Positions 38,769 through 49,942 are shown, numbered from the stretch's first letter. The stretch is 64,000 nucleotides of DNA from Candidatus Peribacteria bacterium (GCA_023245765.1 JAHFJP010000004.1:375-64374), one strand, 5' to 3'. Notes: generated by a model from the letters alone, not told the origin. Made by a program: numbers and translations.

Positions 38769-39191
38769 ATGATCCACGCAAGCATCATCACACCGGACGG
38801 TTCCATCTTCGATGGCGATGTCGATGCCATCTCGCTGCCCACGCCCGATGGCGAAATCACCGTGCTCCCACATCACATCCCGCTCATCAGCATCGTGAAC
38901 GCCGGAACGATCATGGTCCGTCAGGGCAAAGAGGAAACGCTCTTCGCCTGCTCGAGTGGCGTTATCGAAGTCGACGGGAAGTCCATCCGCGTCCTCACCG
39001 ATACTGCTGATCGCGCCGAGAAACTTGAAGAAGCGGCGGTCGAGGCGGCGAAGGCGCGCGCCGAAAAACTGCGCAGCGAAAAGCGTCACGACGAAGAAGG
39101 CTTCGCTGAAGCGACAGCGCTCATGGAACGCGAATTGGCCCGCCTTTCGACGATTCGACGTCAGAAAGCGCGGGGGCATCATGCGAAATAA
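38769..39191 (+). CDS. atpC: ATP synthase epsilon subunit
   Basis: IITPDG, GEITVLPHHIPL, C-terminal helices. Confidence 0.95.
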   Translation: MIHASIITPDGSIFDGDVDAISLPTPDGEITVLPHHIPLISIVNAGTIMVRQGKEETLFACSSGVIEVDGKSIRVLTDTADRAEKLEEAAVEAAKARAEKLRSEKRHDEEGFAEATALMERELARLSTIRRQKARGHHAK

Positions 39192-39226
39192 TCCTTGCCA
39201 GGTCAGTGCCGTGCCGCCGCGGGATG

Positions 39227-40813
39227 TTACGCTACCAATCCTTTTTCTTTGAGGATGTGATCCACGTCGGACGGTTGCTTGGGTCGCACCCTCACGACAG
39301 TAATTTTCCCGTGCTGCAGAAGCATCGCATCCCGTAATCGATCAAGGTGAGGATGTCGGTCATGACCAGCGCTGTCGATTTCGAGGTTGATACCCGCATG
39401 CGGAAAAAAAATATCCAGTTGATATCCGTGTTTCTGGACGTCTGTCTCGAAGCAGGTGATGTCCGGAATTTTCCTCATATAGTTAATCACATCCCGTTCA
39501 TTCTTTCCGATGAGAGATGAGTTGTTCCACGTTTGCAGAGCACTCGTAATCTGCGGCGGCACAGGCACTCCAGCATAGAGACACGCATGGTACATCTGGC
39601 ACGTGTGTGTATAGCCTTCGGAATCTTTCTTTGTGGCGTCGAGAATGAATTCTCGGATCACTTCCCACTCCTGATTCCCGGATAGACGTGTCAGCACCGC
39701 TGCTGACCACGCAATGTTGATTGATCCTTGTGTATCGAACTGCACGGTTTTCATAAGACTCTCCCTGCAAACCTTTACGATGAACTTCATCACGTCCGGA
39801 TGCGTGATTCCCAGCCATGCTGCTGCCGTACAGATGGTCGAGATCGCCTGCGGGTCGAAAAAATCCGGTTGCTTGCCGCGTTCACAGGCGAACAACAGTA
39901 ATTTTTCCACCGCGGGATCACGGATCGGCATGGATGCGGCAGTATGGAGAATCTTGCAGATATCCAGACCGCTGAACTTGCTCTGTTGACTCGTTACTTT
40001 GGTGCACGCATTGGCCACGAATGCCTCGGTCACCGGGGCAATTTTTTGGCAGTGGAATGTGGCGCTCGCACCGCACATGTCTGCCGTTTGTCGCGCATTA
40101 TAGAAATCAGCGTTTTGTGAGATTTTGTCATAGGCTCTGCAAAGCAAAAAAATCATGTCGTCGTCAAATTTTTCCTCTCCTTTGCTGTTTCGTGCCAACG
40201 CATTCACCATCGTCGTGATGAGAACCGGGTGCCCTGTCAGTATTGCGATGTCCTGATGTTTCGCGAAATCCAATAATACTGAAAAATCATTTTGCTTTCT
40301 CAGTCTCAGGATATCAAAGAACATCTTTTGTTGAACGTCAGTCATTCCACTGATGTCGGGTCCTTGTTCACCAACATCTTCGAAGCGTTCTCTGTACCCG
40401 TCCAGAATGGATCCAATTTTTCGCGCCTTCCTTTGCAGCATATCGTCACCCTGCAGATTGCAATCATCCACATAGTCGAGCAGCCGGTAGATTTCCTTCG
40501 TTCCCTCGGGTGGCGGATTGTCATCATCATTGTCAAATCGACTGAGCCACGCGGCAAAGCTCCCCGGCGGCTTTTCGCTCAGCGCAGACGCATCCATACG
40601 GTAGACATTCCAGATAGCCTCCTTCCATCGTTGCAGCAAACATGCCTGCAACATGCTTCGGATCTTTGGAATGGACCACCCGCGGTTCGCATTCGTATGC
40701 CTGCCCGATAGAGCATCGACCTGCTGACTGCATATCTGCAGTACCCGGACATCGGAACTCTTTGCCAAGACATGTATTTCCTCATGCGGAAGTGGCATCG
40801 ATCTCGGTTTCAT
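39227..40813 (-). CDS. OPR/FASTK-like helical-repeat protein with C-terminal RAP/DUF559-like nuclease domain
   Basis: Repeats FDPQAISTICTAAAWL and FDTQGSINIAWSAAVL; GYQLDIFFP..INLEIDS..H...DRLRD..L....VVRV; start uncertain. Confidence 0.7.
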   Translation of the reverse strand: MKPRSMPLPHEEIHVLAKSSDVRVLQICSQQVDALSGRHTNANRGWSIPKIRSMLQACLLQRWKEAIWNVYRMDASALSEKPPGSFAAWLSRFDNDDDNPPPEGTKEIYRLLDYVDDCNLQGDDMLQRKARKIGSILDGYRERFEDVGEQGPDISGMTDVQQKMFFDILRLRKQNDFSVLLDFAKHQDIAILTGHPVLITTMVNALARNSKGEEKFDDDMIFLLCRAYDKISQNADFYNARQTADMCGASATFHCQKIAPVTEAFVANACTKVTSQQSKFSGLDICKILHTAASMPIRDPAVEKLLLFACERGKQPDFFDPQAISTICTAAAWLGITHPDVMKFIVKVCRESLMKTVQFDTQGSINIAWSAAVLTRLSGNQEWEVIREFILDATKKDSEGYTHTCQMYHACLYAGVPVPPQITSALQTWNNSSLIGKNERDVINYMRKIPDITCFETDVQKHGYQLDIFFPHAGINLEIDSAGHDRHPHLDRLRDAMLLQHGKITVVRVRPKQPSDVDHILKEKGLVA

Positions 40814-40870
40814 AATCAACAATATGAACTTAAATTGCATGTAGTCAAACTCAGGATTATTATCTGTTTG

Positions 40871-41110
40871 ATGAGATCTTCTCAGCGTTCCATTGGAGCC
40901 GACCTTCTCCTCGCGGTCCGCCTGGCCTGGAATTTCGGCTACATCATCGCGATCCCGGCAGTCGCGTTCGGCTTTGGTGGGGCGTCCCTCGATAAGCACT
41001 ACGGAACCTCTCCCACGTTTATCCTGATCGGCTTCGCGCTGGCCCTCGCGCTCTCGGGATTGGGGATTTGGCGGGCGGTGAAGGAGATTGTGCGGGAGCA
41101 GGGGAGGTGA
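40871..41110 (+). CDS. AtpZ/AtpI (ATPase gene 1, AtpQ-like) membrane protein
   Basis: Two TM helices with G..LDKHYGTSP.F motif, upstream of atpB. Confidence 0.85.
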   Translation: MRSSQRSIGADLLLAVRLAWNFGYIIAIPAVAFGFGGASLDKHYGTSPTFILIGFALALALSGLGIWRAVKEIVREQGR

Positions 41111-41111
41111 G

Positions 41112-41188
41112 GGAACCGAGGCAACCGACGGAACCGAAGAAACCGAGGATCGTCGGTTACTTTGGTTGCTTCGGTTTCCTCGGTTGCT
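41112..41188. repeat. 9-bp-unit palindromic element, copy D
   Basis: Same family as copy A; lies between the atpQ-like gene and atpB. Confidence 0.85.
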
Positions 41189-41240
41189 TTAGCGCGTCCC
41201 TTGAACCTCTCCCTCCCCCCTGCTAGGTTTCCTCCACTCC

Positions 41241-42008
41241 ATGGCCGCAATTGAAGCCCCATCACTGGCCTCCGAAGCTGTCGGACATCTCGGATTCTTC
41301 GAGATTCGCAATACCATGCTGATGGCATGGCTCGCGATGGCCGTGTTCATTGTTCTTGGATTGCTCCTCCGGCGCACGAAGTACAAAGAAGTTCCTGGGC
41401 GCTTCCAGGCGTTCATGGAGCTGATCGTCGAGGGCCTCTTCGACTTCTTCGATTCGATCGTCGGTGACCGTGCGCGGACTAGGAAATTCTTCCCGCTGGT
41501 CGCAACGATCTTCCTCTTCTTGGTTCTCGCCAACTGGATGGGCATCCTCCCGGGTGTGGGAAGCATCACAATCCAGGGCATGCATGAAGGGCATATGACG
41601 GCTATCCCCCTGTTCCGTTCGATGAATGCCGACGTGAACATGACCCTCGCGATCGCGATTGTCTCCGTGGTCATGACCCAAGTCTTCGGCATCGCCGCGC
41701 TCGGCATCCTGCCGTATGCCGGCAAGTACTTCGTGGCACCGTGGAAGGATCCCATCATGAGCTTCGTCGGCATCCTTGAGCTCATTGCGGAATTCGCCAA
41801 GGTCATCTCGTTCACCTTCCGTCTCTTCGGCAATATCTTCGCGGGCGAAGTCCTCCTCGTTGTCATCTCCTTCCTGCTGCCGTACTTCGGTCCGCTCCCG
41901 TTTCTCGGGCTCGAGCTCTTCGTCGGATTCATTCAGGGGCTCGTGTTCGCGCTGCTGACGATTGTCTTCCTGGCGATGGCGACGGTGAGTCACGGAGAGC
42001 ATGCCTAG
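41241..42008 (+). CDS. atpB: ATP synthase a subunit
   Basis: PGRFQ, SFTFRLFGNIFAGE, LELFVGFIQ. Confidence 0.97.
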   Translation: MAAIEAPSLASEAVGHLGFFEIRNTMLMAWLAMAVFIVLGLLLRRTKYKEVPGRFQAFMELIVEGLFDFFDSIVGDRARTRKFFPLVATIFLFLVLANWMGILPGVGSITIQGMHEGHMTAIPLFRSMNADVNMTLAIAIVSVVMTQVFGIAALGILPYAGKYFVAPWKDPIMSFVGILELIAEFAKVISFTFRLFGNIFAGEVLLVVISFLLPYFGPLPFLGLELFVGFIQGLVFALLTIVFLAMATVSHGEHA

Positions 42009-42103
42009 ACGCGGGTCTTCGACCCGCGTACGCACGCCGAAGGCGTGCGCTGGTTCATCATAGATTGGGCTTCTACTCCGGTCTTGAACAATCTCTTAGA
42101 CCC

Positions 42104-42437
<334 letters not shown>

Positions 42438-42489
42438 TCGTTATTCAGGAAAGGGCGTGCCATCGGCGCGCCCCTACGTCCAACCAATT

Positions 42490-42996
42490 ATGGAACTTCT
42501 CTTGAAGCTCGGCGTTGACTGGAAGCTGTTGATCGCGCAGATCGTGAACTTCACGATTCTGGTCTCGGTCCTGACGTACTTTGTCTACCGGCCGCTGCTC
42601 AATCTGCTCGATGCCCGCCGCGCGAGGATCGCCAAAGCGATGGAGGATGCCGCACGCATCGAGGAGCAGAACCGGGAACTTGAACAATTCCGCACCGAGC
42701 AACTCAAGAAGATCGACCAGGAAGTCGGCGCGTTACTCGAGCGCGGCAAGCGGCAGGGCGAGACGATGCGCGACGAGATTTTGGCTTCCGCAAAGCGCGA
42801 AGCCGATGCCATCCTCGCGAAGGGGGAACGGCAGCTGGAGGAGGAGCGCACCCGGGTCTTCCAGGAGATTCAGGCGTCACTCGCATCCATGATCGTCCGC
42901 ATGACCGAGAAGATCCTCACGCGCGAGTTCTCCGCTGCCGATCAGCAGCGCATTCTCTCCGATCTCGAAAAGAACATCCCCTCGCTCCTCCGATGA
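42490..42996 (+). CDS. atpF: ATP synthase b subunit
   Basis: LGVDWKLLIAQIVNF...YRPL..LDARR followed by coiled coil. Confidence 0.95.
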   Translation: MELLLKLGVDWKLLIAQIVNFTILVSVLTYFVYRPLLNLLDARRARIAKAMEDAARIEEQNRELEQFRTEQLKKIDQEVGALLERGKRQGETMRDEILASAKREADAILAKGERQLEEERTRVFQEIQASLASMIVRMTEKILTREFSAADQQRILSDLEKNIPSLLR

Positions 42997-43394
42997 ACGC
43001 CGCCCTCACCCTCGCCGCACGGACTCTCGTGGAGCATCTGCGTTCCGGCATGTCCCGGGAAGAGATGGCAGCTGCCTGTGATGCGGTTCTCCATTCGCTG
43101 CATAGTAGCGGTCTTTCCGGCAGTCAGATCGCGCAGTTTCCCAAGGTCGTCGCCCAGGAACTGCGCAGGCACGGACCCGTTGGTGCTGTTCTCTCCACGT
43201 CGTCGGGGACCACCGGCGCGTCGGCTCCTGCCATCGGTACAGCTCTCGAACAGTCGCTCGGGCGTTCCATCGATCTGGAAGAGTCCGCTGAGCCGTCTCT
43301 CATCGGTGGCGTTCTTCTCACTGTGGGCGATGAACGTGTTGATTTCACTCTGCGCGGGGCGCTCAACCAATTGAATGCTCATCTTACTTCGTAA
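42993..43394 (+). CDS. atpH: ATP synthase delta subunit (short form)
   Basis: PSLIGGV...GDERVD.TL...L C-terminal OSCP motif. Confidence 0.85.
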   Translation: MNAALTLAARTLVEHLRSGMSREEMAAACDAVLHSLHSSGLSGSQIAQFPKVVAQELRRHGPVGAVLSTSSGTTGASAPAIGTALEQSLGRSIDLEESAEPSLIGGVLLTVGDERVDFTLRGALNQLNAHLTS

Positions 43395-43435
43395 TGTACA
43401 GACGCCCCGTCGGGGCGTCTCTACCACCCCATCAC

Positions 43436-44962
43436 ATGACTCTCTCTCAAACTCTCCTCAAGACGCTCAACGAACGCATGGCGTCGTACAGCAAACAGGC
43501 GGGCCACGAACACGTCGGCACCGTTCTCTCCGTCGGTGACGGCATTGCGAGCATCGACGGGCTCTCGAAGATTGGTGCGATGGAAATGATCGACTTCGGC
43601 AACGGCGTGCTCGGGAGTGCACTCAACCTGGGTCAGGATACGATTGGTTCCATCATCTTCGGCGATTACGGAAAGGTGAAGGAGGGTGACACGGTCAAAT
43701 CGCTCGGCAAAGTGCTTTCAGTTCCTGTTGGCGAAGAGCTGATCGGGCGCGTCGTCTCGCCGCTTGGTGTTCCCAAAGACGGCGGAGCGCCGATCGCGAG
43801 TAAAAAGTTCTACCCCGTCGAGAAAATCGCACCGCGCGTCATCGAGCGCAAATCGGTGACCACTCCGCTCCAGACCGGCATCACCGCCATCGACGCAATG
43901 ATCCCGATCGGGCGCGGCCAGCGCGAACTGATCATCGGTGACCGTCAAACAGGCAAGACTGCGGTTGTCATCGATACGATCATTAACCAGAAGCACACGC
44001 AGGGCACCGACCGGCCCGTCATCTGCATCTACGTCGCGATCGGCCAGAAGGAATCGAAAGTCGCGAAAATCGTCACCGAGCTCCAGAAGCACGGTGCCAT
44101 GGACTACACGATCGTCGTCTCCGCCGGCGCCTCCGAGCCCGCGGCGCTTGCGTACATCGCCCCGTTCGCAGGATGCGCGATGGGCGAGTACTTCGTCGAC
44201 CAGGGCAAAGATGTGCTCTGCATCTACGATGATCTTTCCAAACACGCGTGGGCCTACCGCCAGATCTCCCTCCTTCTGAGGAGACCTCCTGGTCGCGAAG
44301 CCTATCCCGGCGACGTCTTCTATCTCCATTCGCGACTCCTCGAGCGCGCGGTCTGCATGGCCGATGCCAACGGCGGCGGCACCCTCACGGCTCTGCCGAT
44401 CATTGAAACACAGGAAGGCAACGTCTCGGCCTACATTCCGACGAACGTTATTTCTATTACAGACGGCCAAATCTTCCTCGTCGGCGATCTCTTCTACAAA
44501 GGCATCCGGCCCGCGGTCGACGTCGGTATCTCCGTCTCGCGCGTCGGCTCCGCCGCGCAAGTGAAGGCGATGAAGAAGGTCGCGGGGAAACTGCGTCTCG
44601 ACATGGCCCAGTATCGCGAGCTCGCCGTGTTCGCACAGTTCGGGTCCGATCTGGATGCCGCGACGCGCAAGCAGCTCGACCGCGGTGCGCGATTGACCGA
44701 GATCCTCAAGCAGGGCCAATACGAGCCGCTGCCGGTCGGTGAGCAAGTCGCGATGCTCTACGCCGGCGTCAATGGACTCCTCGACGAGATCCCCGCTGAG
44801 TCGGTGAAGAAATTCCAGGAGGACTTTCTCGGGCTCCTCCGGAGCAAGCACCCCGATGTTCTCCAGACGCTTGGGAAGGAAATCACGCCGGAGGTGGAGG
44901 AGAAGCTGAAGCGGCTCGTTTCGACGCTGAAAGAACAGAAGCGATATTCTTCAGCTGCTTAG
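43436..44962 (+). CDS. atpA: ATP synthase alpha subunit
   Basis: [31 protein letters not shown]. Confidence 0.98.
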   Translation: MTLSQTLLKTLNERMASYSKQAGHEHVGTVLSVGDGIASIDGLSKIGAMEMIDFGNGVLGSALNLGQDTIGSIIFGDYGKVKEGDTVKSLGKVLSVPVGEELIGRVVSPLGVPKDGGAPIASKKFYPVEKIAPRVIERKSVTTPLQTGITAIDAMIPIGRGQRELIIGDRQTGKTAVVIDTIINQKHTQGTDRPVICIYVAIGQKESKVAKIVTELQKHGAMDYTIVVSAGASEPAALAYIAPFAGCAMGEYFVDQGKDVLCIYDDLSKHAWAYRQISLLLRRPPGREAYPGDVFYLHSRLLERAVCMADANGGGTLTALPIIETQEGNVSAYIPTNVISITDGQIFLVGDLFYKGIRPAVDVGISVSRVGSAAQVKAMKKVAGKLRLDMAQYRELAVFAQFGSDLDAATRKQLDRGARLTEILKQGQYEPLPVGEQVAMLYAGVNGLLDEIPAESVKKFQEDFLGLLRSKHPDVLQTLGKEITPEVEEKLKRLVSTLKEQKRYSSAA

Positions 44963-45068
44963 CTGTTTAGCTTTTTAGCTTCTTCGCTTTTCCGAAGTCA
45001 TGCATTTCCAGACGAAAGCTAACAAGCTAAACAGCTAACAAGCTAAACAGCTAACAAGCTAAACAGCT
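44953..45068. repeat. AGCTAAAC/AGCTAACA tandem repeat with inverted arm
   Basis: TTAGCTG-type units at 44953-44980 and about six 7-8-mers at 45017-45068. Confidence 0.8.
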
Positions 45069-45076
45069 CCGTCACT

Positions 45077-46012
45077 ATGGCCAGCTCCCTCCGCGATCTC
45101 CGGCGCAAAATGAAGGCGATCAAGTCGACCAAGCAAGTCACGAAGGCGATGGAACTGGTCGCGGCATCCAAGATGCGCCGGGCCGTGCAAAATGCGGTGC
45201 TACTGCGCAAATACGCACTCACCGCGTGGGCGATCCTCCAGAAGATCGCGCTCAGCCACCGGGGCAGGCATCTGTGGCTCACGGAGCGGCCGGTGAAGCG
45301 CATTCTCGCGATCCTCATCACCAGTGACCGTGGTCTCTGCGGTAGCCTCAATACGCAGCTCTTCCGTTCGGTGGGGCACTACGTGGCGGCATGCAAAGAT
45401 ATGCAGGGATTCGAAACCATCGATTTCATCGCCGTGGGGAGGAAAGGCCAGCAATACCTCCAGCGATCCGGGCAAACCGTGACGGGCGCTTTTCCCGCAC
45501 TCAGCAATCATCCGTCGTTCCGCGATGTGCTGCCCATCGCCCGCATGGCGATCGATGCGTTTAAAGAGGGGACCTACGATCACGTGGTCCTGCTCTCCAC
45601 CGATTTCCTCTCCGCGCTCGTCCAGGAACCGGCCACCAAACTCCTGCTGCCGTTTTCGGAAACGGCGTTCCAGGAGATGATCCGCGAACTGCTCCCCCGC
45701 AAGCGCATCTCCAAAGAGGAAGAAGAGGCGATCAAATCCGTGACCCGTCTTTCATCCGATTACCTCTTCGAACCGACCGAACCCGAAGTCCTCAACCGCA
45801 TTTTGCCGCAGCTGACCGAAATGCAGATCTATCAGGCGGTGCTGGAGTCGGCCGCCTCCGAACACTCCGCCCGGATGGTCGCGATGCGCAACGCCACCGA
45901 TAACGCGTCCGATATCCTCTCCGACCTCAATCTGACCTACAACCAGACGCGCCAGGCCAATATCACGGCGGAATTGGCGGAACTCTCGGGCGCTGCGGCG
46001 GCGCTCAATTGA
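45077..46012 (+). CDS. atpG: ATP synthase gamma subunit
   Basis: TKAMELVAASK, SDRGLCG, SEHSARM.AM.NATDNA, RQANIT.EL. Confidence 0.98.
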   Translation: MASSLRDLRRKMKAIKSTKQVTKAMELVAASKMRRAVQNAVLLRKYALTAWAILQKIALSHRGRHLWLTERPVKRILAILITSDRGLCGSLNTQLFRSVGHYVAACKDMQGFETIDFIAVGRKGQQYLQRSGQTVTGAFPALSNHPSFRDVLPIARMAIDAFKEGTYDHVVLLSTDFLSALVQEPATKLLLPFSETAFQEMIRELLPRKRISKEEEEAIKSVTRLSSDYLFEPTEPEVLNRILPQLTEMQIYQAVLESAASEHSARMVAMRNATDNASDILSDLNLTYNQTRQANITAELAELSGAAAALN

Positions 46013-46146
46013 GAAATCCCCGGATATTTCGGTAAGAGTTGGGAATTTGGCATGTCTGCGTGAGTGAGAGGAATGTGCAGTGGACTTTCCGTTTGGCAGT
46101 CCCTACGATGTACCCCTTTCTGTCGACTTTCTTCCCCCTTCCGTTT

Positions 46147-46821
46147 ATGCGTTTCTTCACTCAATTGTCCGCAGCAGCGCTCGCGGTTGCCCTGAGCTGC
46201 CCCGTCGCGCTTGCCAAAATTTACCCCGACGATTTCATGATTCCCGCCCGGCAGCCGGTTCAGGCAGCACCGACGCCTGCACCGACGCCGAAAAATGCCA
46301 ATGCCTCCGGTGATTCATTCTTCTTTGCATCGGAGATTCCCGACGGCAAACTCACCCGCGCGGAGTTCGCTGATGCAATCGGTACGCGTCTGTACGATGC
46401 CGATGCGCATGACAACTGCTTCGGCGATCTGATCCTCTCCGAGGCGATCGATTACTCGCTCCTCTACAACGACGTTTCCCTCGATGCCCCATACGCATCA
46501 TCGGTGTGCGTCGATATGCGAAACGGCATTGCGCAGGGGTTTAACGACTACACCTTCCGTCCGAACCAGCAGATTAAGGTCTCGGAGGCGGCGGGAATGT
46601 TGGGCGATATCGGCGGATTGCCTCTCCGCGATTCCAACCACGTCACCGCAGGCGAGCCATGGTACCAGCGGTATATGGATGCGATCCGTTCGGTCGATCG
46701 TGAGTTCACCATGCGCGCTGACGACATCCTGACGGGCAAAGAGCTCAAGCACACGCTCTGCGTTCTCAAGCGGTACACGCCGGCCCTCGATCCGCTGGAT
46801 GAATTTGGTGGGGGATGCTAA
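46147..46821 (+). CDS. Secreted SLH-domain protein
   Basis: Signal peptide; YNDVS...GIAQGF.D.TFRPNQQI...EA. Confidence 0.8.
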   Translation: MRFFTQLSAAALAVALSCPVALAKIYPDDFMIPARQPVQAAPTPAPTPKNANASGDSFFFASEIPDGKLTRAEFADAIGTRLYDADAHDNCFGDLILSEAIDYSLLYNDVSLDAPYASSVCVDMRNGIAQGFNDYTFRPNQQIKVSEAAGMLGDIGGLPLRDSNHVTAGEPWYQRYMDAIRSVDREFTMRADDILTGKELKHTLCVLKRYTPALDPLDEFGGGC

Positions 46822-46837
46822 TCAGAAAAGCATTTAC

Positions 46838-46880
46838 ACCGGGACTGACGAATCGAAAGATTCCTCAGCCCCGGTTTTTG
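46838..46880 (+). terminator. Intrinsic terminator
   Basis: CCGGGACTGA..GAATC-GAAA-GATTC..TCAGCCCCGG-TTTTT. Confidence 0.65.
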
Positions 46881-46890
46881 TTGGTACGCT

Positions 46891-47247
46891 ATGTTCATGA
46901 GACCTCTTCGCCCAACGCAGAAAATCCTTCTGTCCTGTGTGGCACTGGCGATTCTCGTGACGCTCGTCGTCATGTTCTGGCAACAGACGGAGCTCCTCGC
47001 GGGCATTCTTCTCATGCTTTCGTTTCTTGTCCTGCTGCTCTCGCACGATCGCAGGCGCGACGCCGTGCCGTTTGTTATCGGGGCTGTTCTCGGTCCCGCA
47101 ATGGAGGCTGTGGTGATCCGGAGCGGCGCATGGCAGTACACCAGCCCGACCGCGCTCGGCATACCGCTCTGGCTCCCGTTTCTGTGGGGACTCACCGCAA
47201 TGTTCATCATGAAAATCAGCAGATGGTACGCAGCATGGACCGCCTGA
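46891..47247 (+). CDS. Small integral membrane protein
   Basis: Four TM segments; E...I.SGAWQY...GIPLWLP.LWG. Confidence 0.75.
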   Translation: MFMRPLRPTQKILLSCVALAILVTLVVMFWQQTELLAGILLMLSFLVLLLSHDRRRDAVPFVIGAVLGPAMEAVVIRSGAWQYTSPTALGIPLWLPFLWGLTAMFIMKISRWYAAWTA

Positions 47248-49942
47248 GGATGAACTTCGCGGTCTCGAGGACCGGAATAATGCTCAGCGCGAGGACGACG
47301 ATCACTGTCCAGTCATGCACTGTCAGTGCATAGGTCCCGAATGCGATCTGCAGGAAGGGCACGTAGACGATGCACATGAGCAGGATGAGTTCCCAGAGGA
47401 TCGCGATGTTGAGCCAGCGGTTTGTAAACGTCCCGCGCAGTGCGCTCAGGTGGTCCGAACGGAAGTTGTAGGCTTTCACAAACTCCGCGACGACGAGCAG
47501 CACGAACGCCATCGTCATCGATTCGTTGATTCCCCGGCCGGAATGGGCGGCCCAGTAGAAGATTCCGAGGATCAGTGCGGCCAGCCACATGCTGCCGGTG
47601 AGCATCAGCGCCATCACGCGTTTCGTGAAGATACCGGTGTGCGGATTGCGCGGTTTCTGCAGCATCAGATCCCGTTCCGGTGGATCCACCGCGAGTGCGA
47701 GTGCCGGGAAGCCGTCGGTGGCGAGGTTGAGGTACAGCAGTTGCACCGCGGAGAGGGGGAGCGGCCAGCCGAGCAGCGTTGCCGCCGTCATGATGATGAT
47801 TTCGCCGATGTTGGAACTCAGCAGGTACATCAGATACTTCTTGATGTTGCCGAAGATGCCGCGGCCCTCCTCTATGGCGGCCACAATCGATGCGAAGTTA
47901 TCATCCGTGAGCGTCATCGCCGCCGCCTCTTTGGTTACATCCGTTCCTGTGATGCCCATCGCGATGCCGATGTCGGCTTTCTTGAGCGCGGGGGCGTCGT
48001 TGACGCCATCGCCCGTCATCGCGACGATCTTGCCCTGTTTCTGCAGAGCCGTGACGAGCCGGAGCTTGTCGCTTGGGGAGACGCGCGCAAAGACCGCGAT
48101 GTCTTTGAGCTGATGGTCGAGCGTCTCGGCGCTCATTTTCTCGAGTTCGATTCCCGTTACAACGCGGGTCGCCTGCCCTGAGTCGTGTCGAAGGGAAGAC
48201 CCGCGCTGGGGGTTCAAAATTCCCAGTTCCCGCGCAATCGCCTCGGCCGTCACCGGATGATCTCCCGTGATCATGATCACGCGGATGCCCGCGTCATGGC
48301 ACTCTTCGATTGCACTCTTCACCTCCGGCCGCGGCGGATCGATCATTCCCACGAGGCCGATGAACTTCATGTCAGTAGATGATCCTGCCAGATCGGTTCT
48401 GCCCTTCCGTGCGATCGCGAGCACGCGCAGTGCCTGCGAGGCCATGGTGCTCGCGGCTCCCAGGATTTCCGCACGCAGCGCGTCGGTCAGCGGGACTTCA
48501 TTCTGCTTTTCCCAGAGACGTGTGCAGAGCGGCAGCAGCATCTCGGGGGCGCCTTTCGCATAGGCCATTGTCTCGCGGCCAGGTATGGCCGCGTTGAGAT
48601 CATGCAAGGTTGTCATTCTCTTGGTTTCGGAGGTGAATGGTATTTCGCCGATGCGCGGAGCCTGTTTTTCCAGATCGCCGCGATACAGTCCCGCCTTGGC
48701 CGCCGCGACCACGAGCGCCCCCTCGGTGGGATCCCCCGCGATGTCGAAGATCCCGTCTTCTTCCTCAATGAGTCTGGCATCTGAAGCCAGCACCCCCGCG
48801 CGCAGGAGTTCCCGCAACCCGTCGTGCGGCGTCTCCTGTTTCCCATCCAGCGAGAATGTGCCGACCGGTGCGTACCCCGCTCCAGAAACATCATAGGTCT
48901 TCCCGACAACCCAGATCTTGCGGATCGTCATCTCGTCTTTCGTCAGTGTTCCCGTCTTGTCCGTACAGATCACCGACGTGCATCCGAGCGTTTCCACTGC
49001 GGGAAGTTTGCGGATCAGTGCGTGGCGGCGGACCATCCGCTGCACGCCGATGGCGAGTGAAATCGTGACGACCGCGGGCAACGCTTCGGGGACGACCGCG
49101 ACCGCAAGCGCGATACCGAACAGAAACATGTCGATGAGCGCTTCTCCCCGGTACCACCCGATCACACTGATCAACGTCACTACGGCCAGAGCGACCTTTG
49201 CGAGTGTCTTGCCCACCCGGTCGAGGTTTTTCTGGAGCGGTGTTTCCTCGGTTTCCACCTGCTCGAGCATCGCGGCGATCTTGCCGAATTCCGACCGCAT
49301 CCCCGTGGCGATCACGACTGCTTTGCCGCGGCCATGACTTACCGAGGTCCCGCCGTAGACGATGTTGCGCCGGTCTCCGACGGAAGCCGAGGGATTGGCA
49401 ACGACCTCTGCAGTCTTCTCCGCGGGCAGTGACTCTCCGGTCAGAGCAGCTTCCTCTGTCCGCAGATTCGCCTGCTCCAGGATTCGTGCGTCGGCGGGTA
49501 TCCGGTCGCCCGCTGCGAGCAGGATGATGTCGCCGGGGACCAGTTGCTCCGCTGGAATCTCCAATTCTTCTCCGTCCCGAATGACTTTCGCGCTGGGTGC
49601 CGCCATCTTCTTGAGCGCCTCCATCGCGCGTTCGGCCCGGTACTCCTGCACGAATCCGAGAACGACCGCGAGCAGCACAATCGCGGCGATCGTGATCGCC
49701 TCCACCGTTTCGCCCAAAAAACCCGAGAGCGCGGTCGCGATCAGCAAGATGATCACGAGCACGTTCTGGAACTGACCGAGGAGGAGCGCCCACGGCGAAA
49801 TTTTCTTCCCTTCCGTCAGTCGGTTACGGCCATATTCCGTAATCCGCCGTTGCGCTTCCGCATCATTGAGACCGGTGGAAGCTGTTTGCAGGGCGGAGAG
49901 GGTGTTGGCGGGGGAGAGCGTATGCCAAAGAGAAGAAGCCAT
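47216..49942 (-). CDS. Cation-transporting P-type ATPase (type IIA, Ca2+-like)
   Basis: TGES, VPEAL, ICTDKTGT, KGAPE, TGDH, GDGVNDAP. Confidence 0.96.
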   Translation of the reverse strand: MASSLWHTLSPANTLSALQTASTGLNDAEAQRRITEYGRNRLTEGKKISPWALLLGQFQNVLVIILLIATALSGFLGETVEAITIAAIVLLAVVLGFVQEYRAERAMEALKKMAAPSAKVIRDGEELEIPAEQLVPGDIILLAAGDRIPADARILEQANLRTEEAALTGESLPAEKTAEVVANPSASVGDRRNIVYGGTSVSHGRGKAVVIATGMRSEFGKIAAMLEQVETEETPLQKNLDRVGKTLAKVALAVVTLISVIGWYRGEALIDMFLFGIALAVAVVPEALPAVVTISLAIGVQRMVRRHALIRKLPAVETLGCTSVICTDKTGTLTKDEMTIRKIWVVGKTYDVSGAGYAPVGTFSLDGKQETPHDGLRELLRAGVLASDARLIEEEDGIFDIAGDPTEGALVVAAAKAGLYRGDLEKQAPRIGEIPFTSETKRMTTLHDLNAAIPGRETMAYAKGAPEMLLPLCTRLWEKQNEVPLTDALRAEILGAASTMASQALRVLAIARKGRTDLAGSSTDMKFIGLVGMIDPPRPEVKSAIEECHDAGIRVIMITGDHPVTAEAIARELGILNPQRGSSLRHDSGQATRVVTGIELEKMSAETLDHQLKDIAVFARVSPSDKLRLVTALQKQGKIVAMTGDGVNDAPALKKADIGIAMGITGTDVTKEAAAMTLTDDNFASIVAAIEEGRGIFGNIKKYLMYLLSSNIGEIIIMTAATLLGWPLPLSAVQLLYLNLATDGFPALALAVDPPERDLMLQKPRNPHTGIFTKRVMALMLTGSMWLAALILGIFYWAAHSGRGINESMTMAFVLLVVAEFVKAYNFRSDHLSALRGTFTNRWLNIAILWELILLMCIVYVPFLQIAFGTYALTVHDWTVIVVLALSIIPVLETAKFILRRSMLRTIC

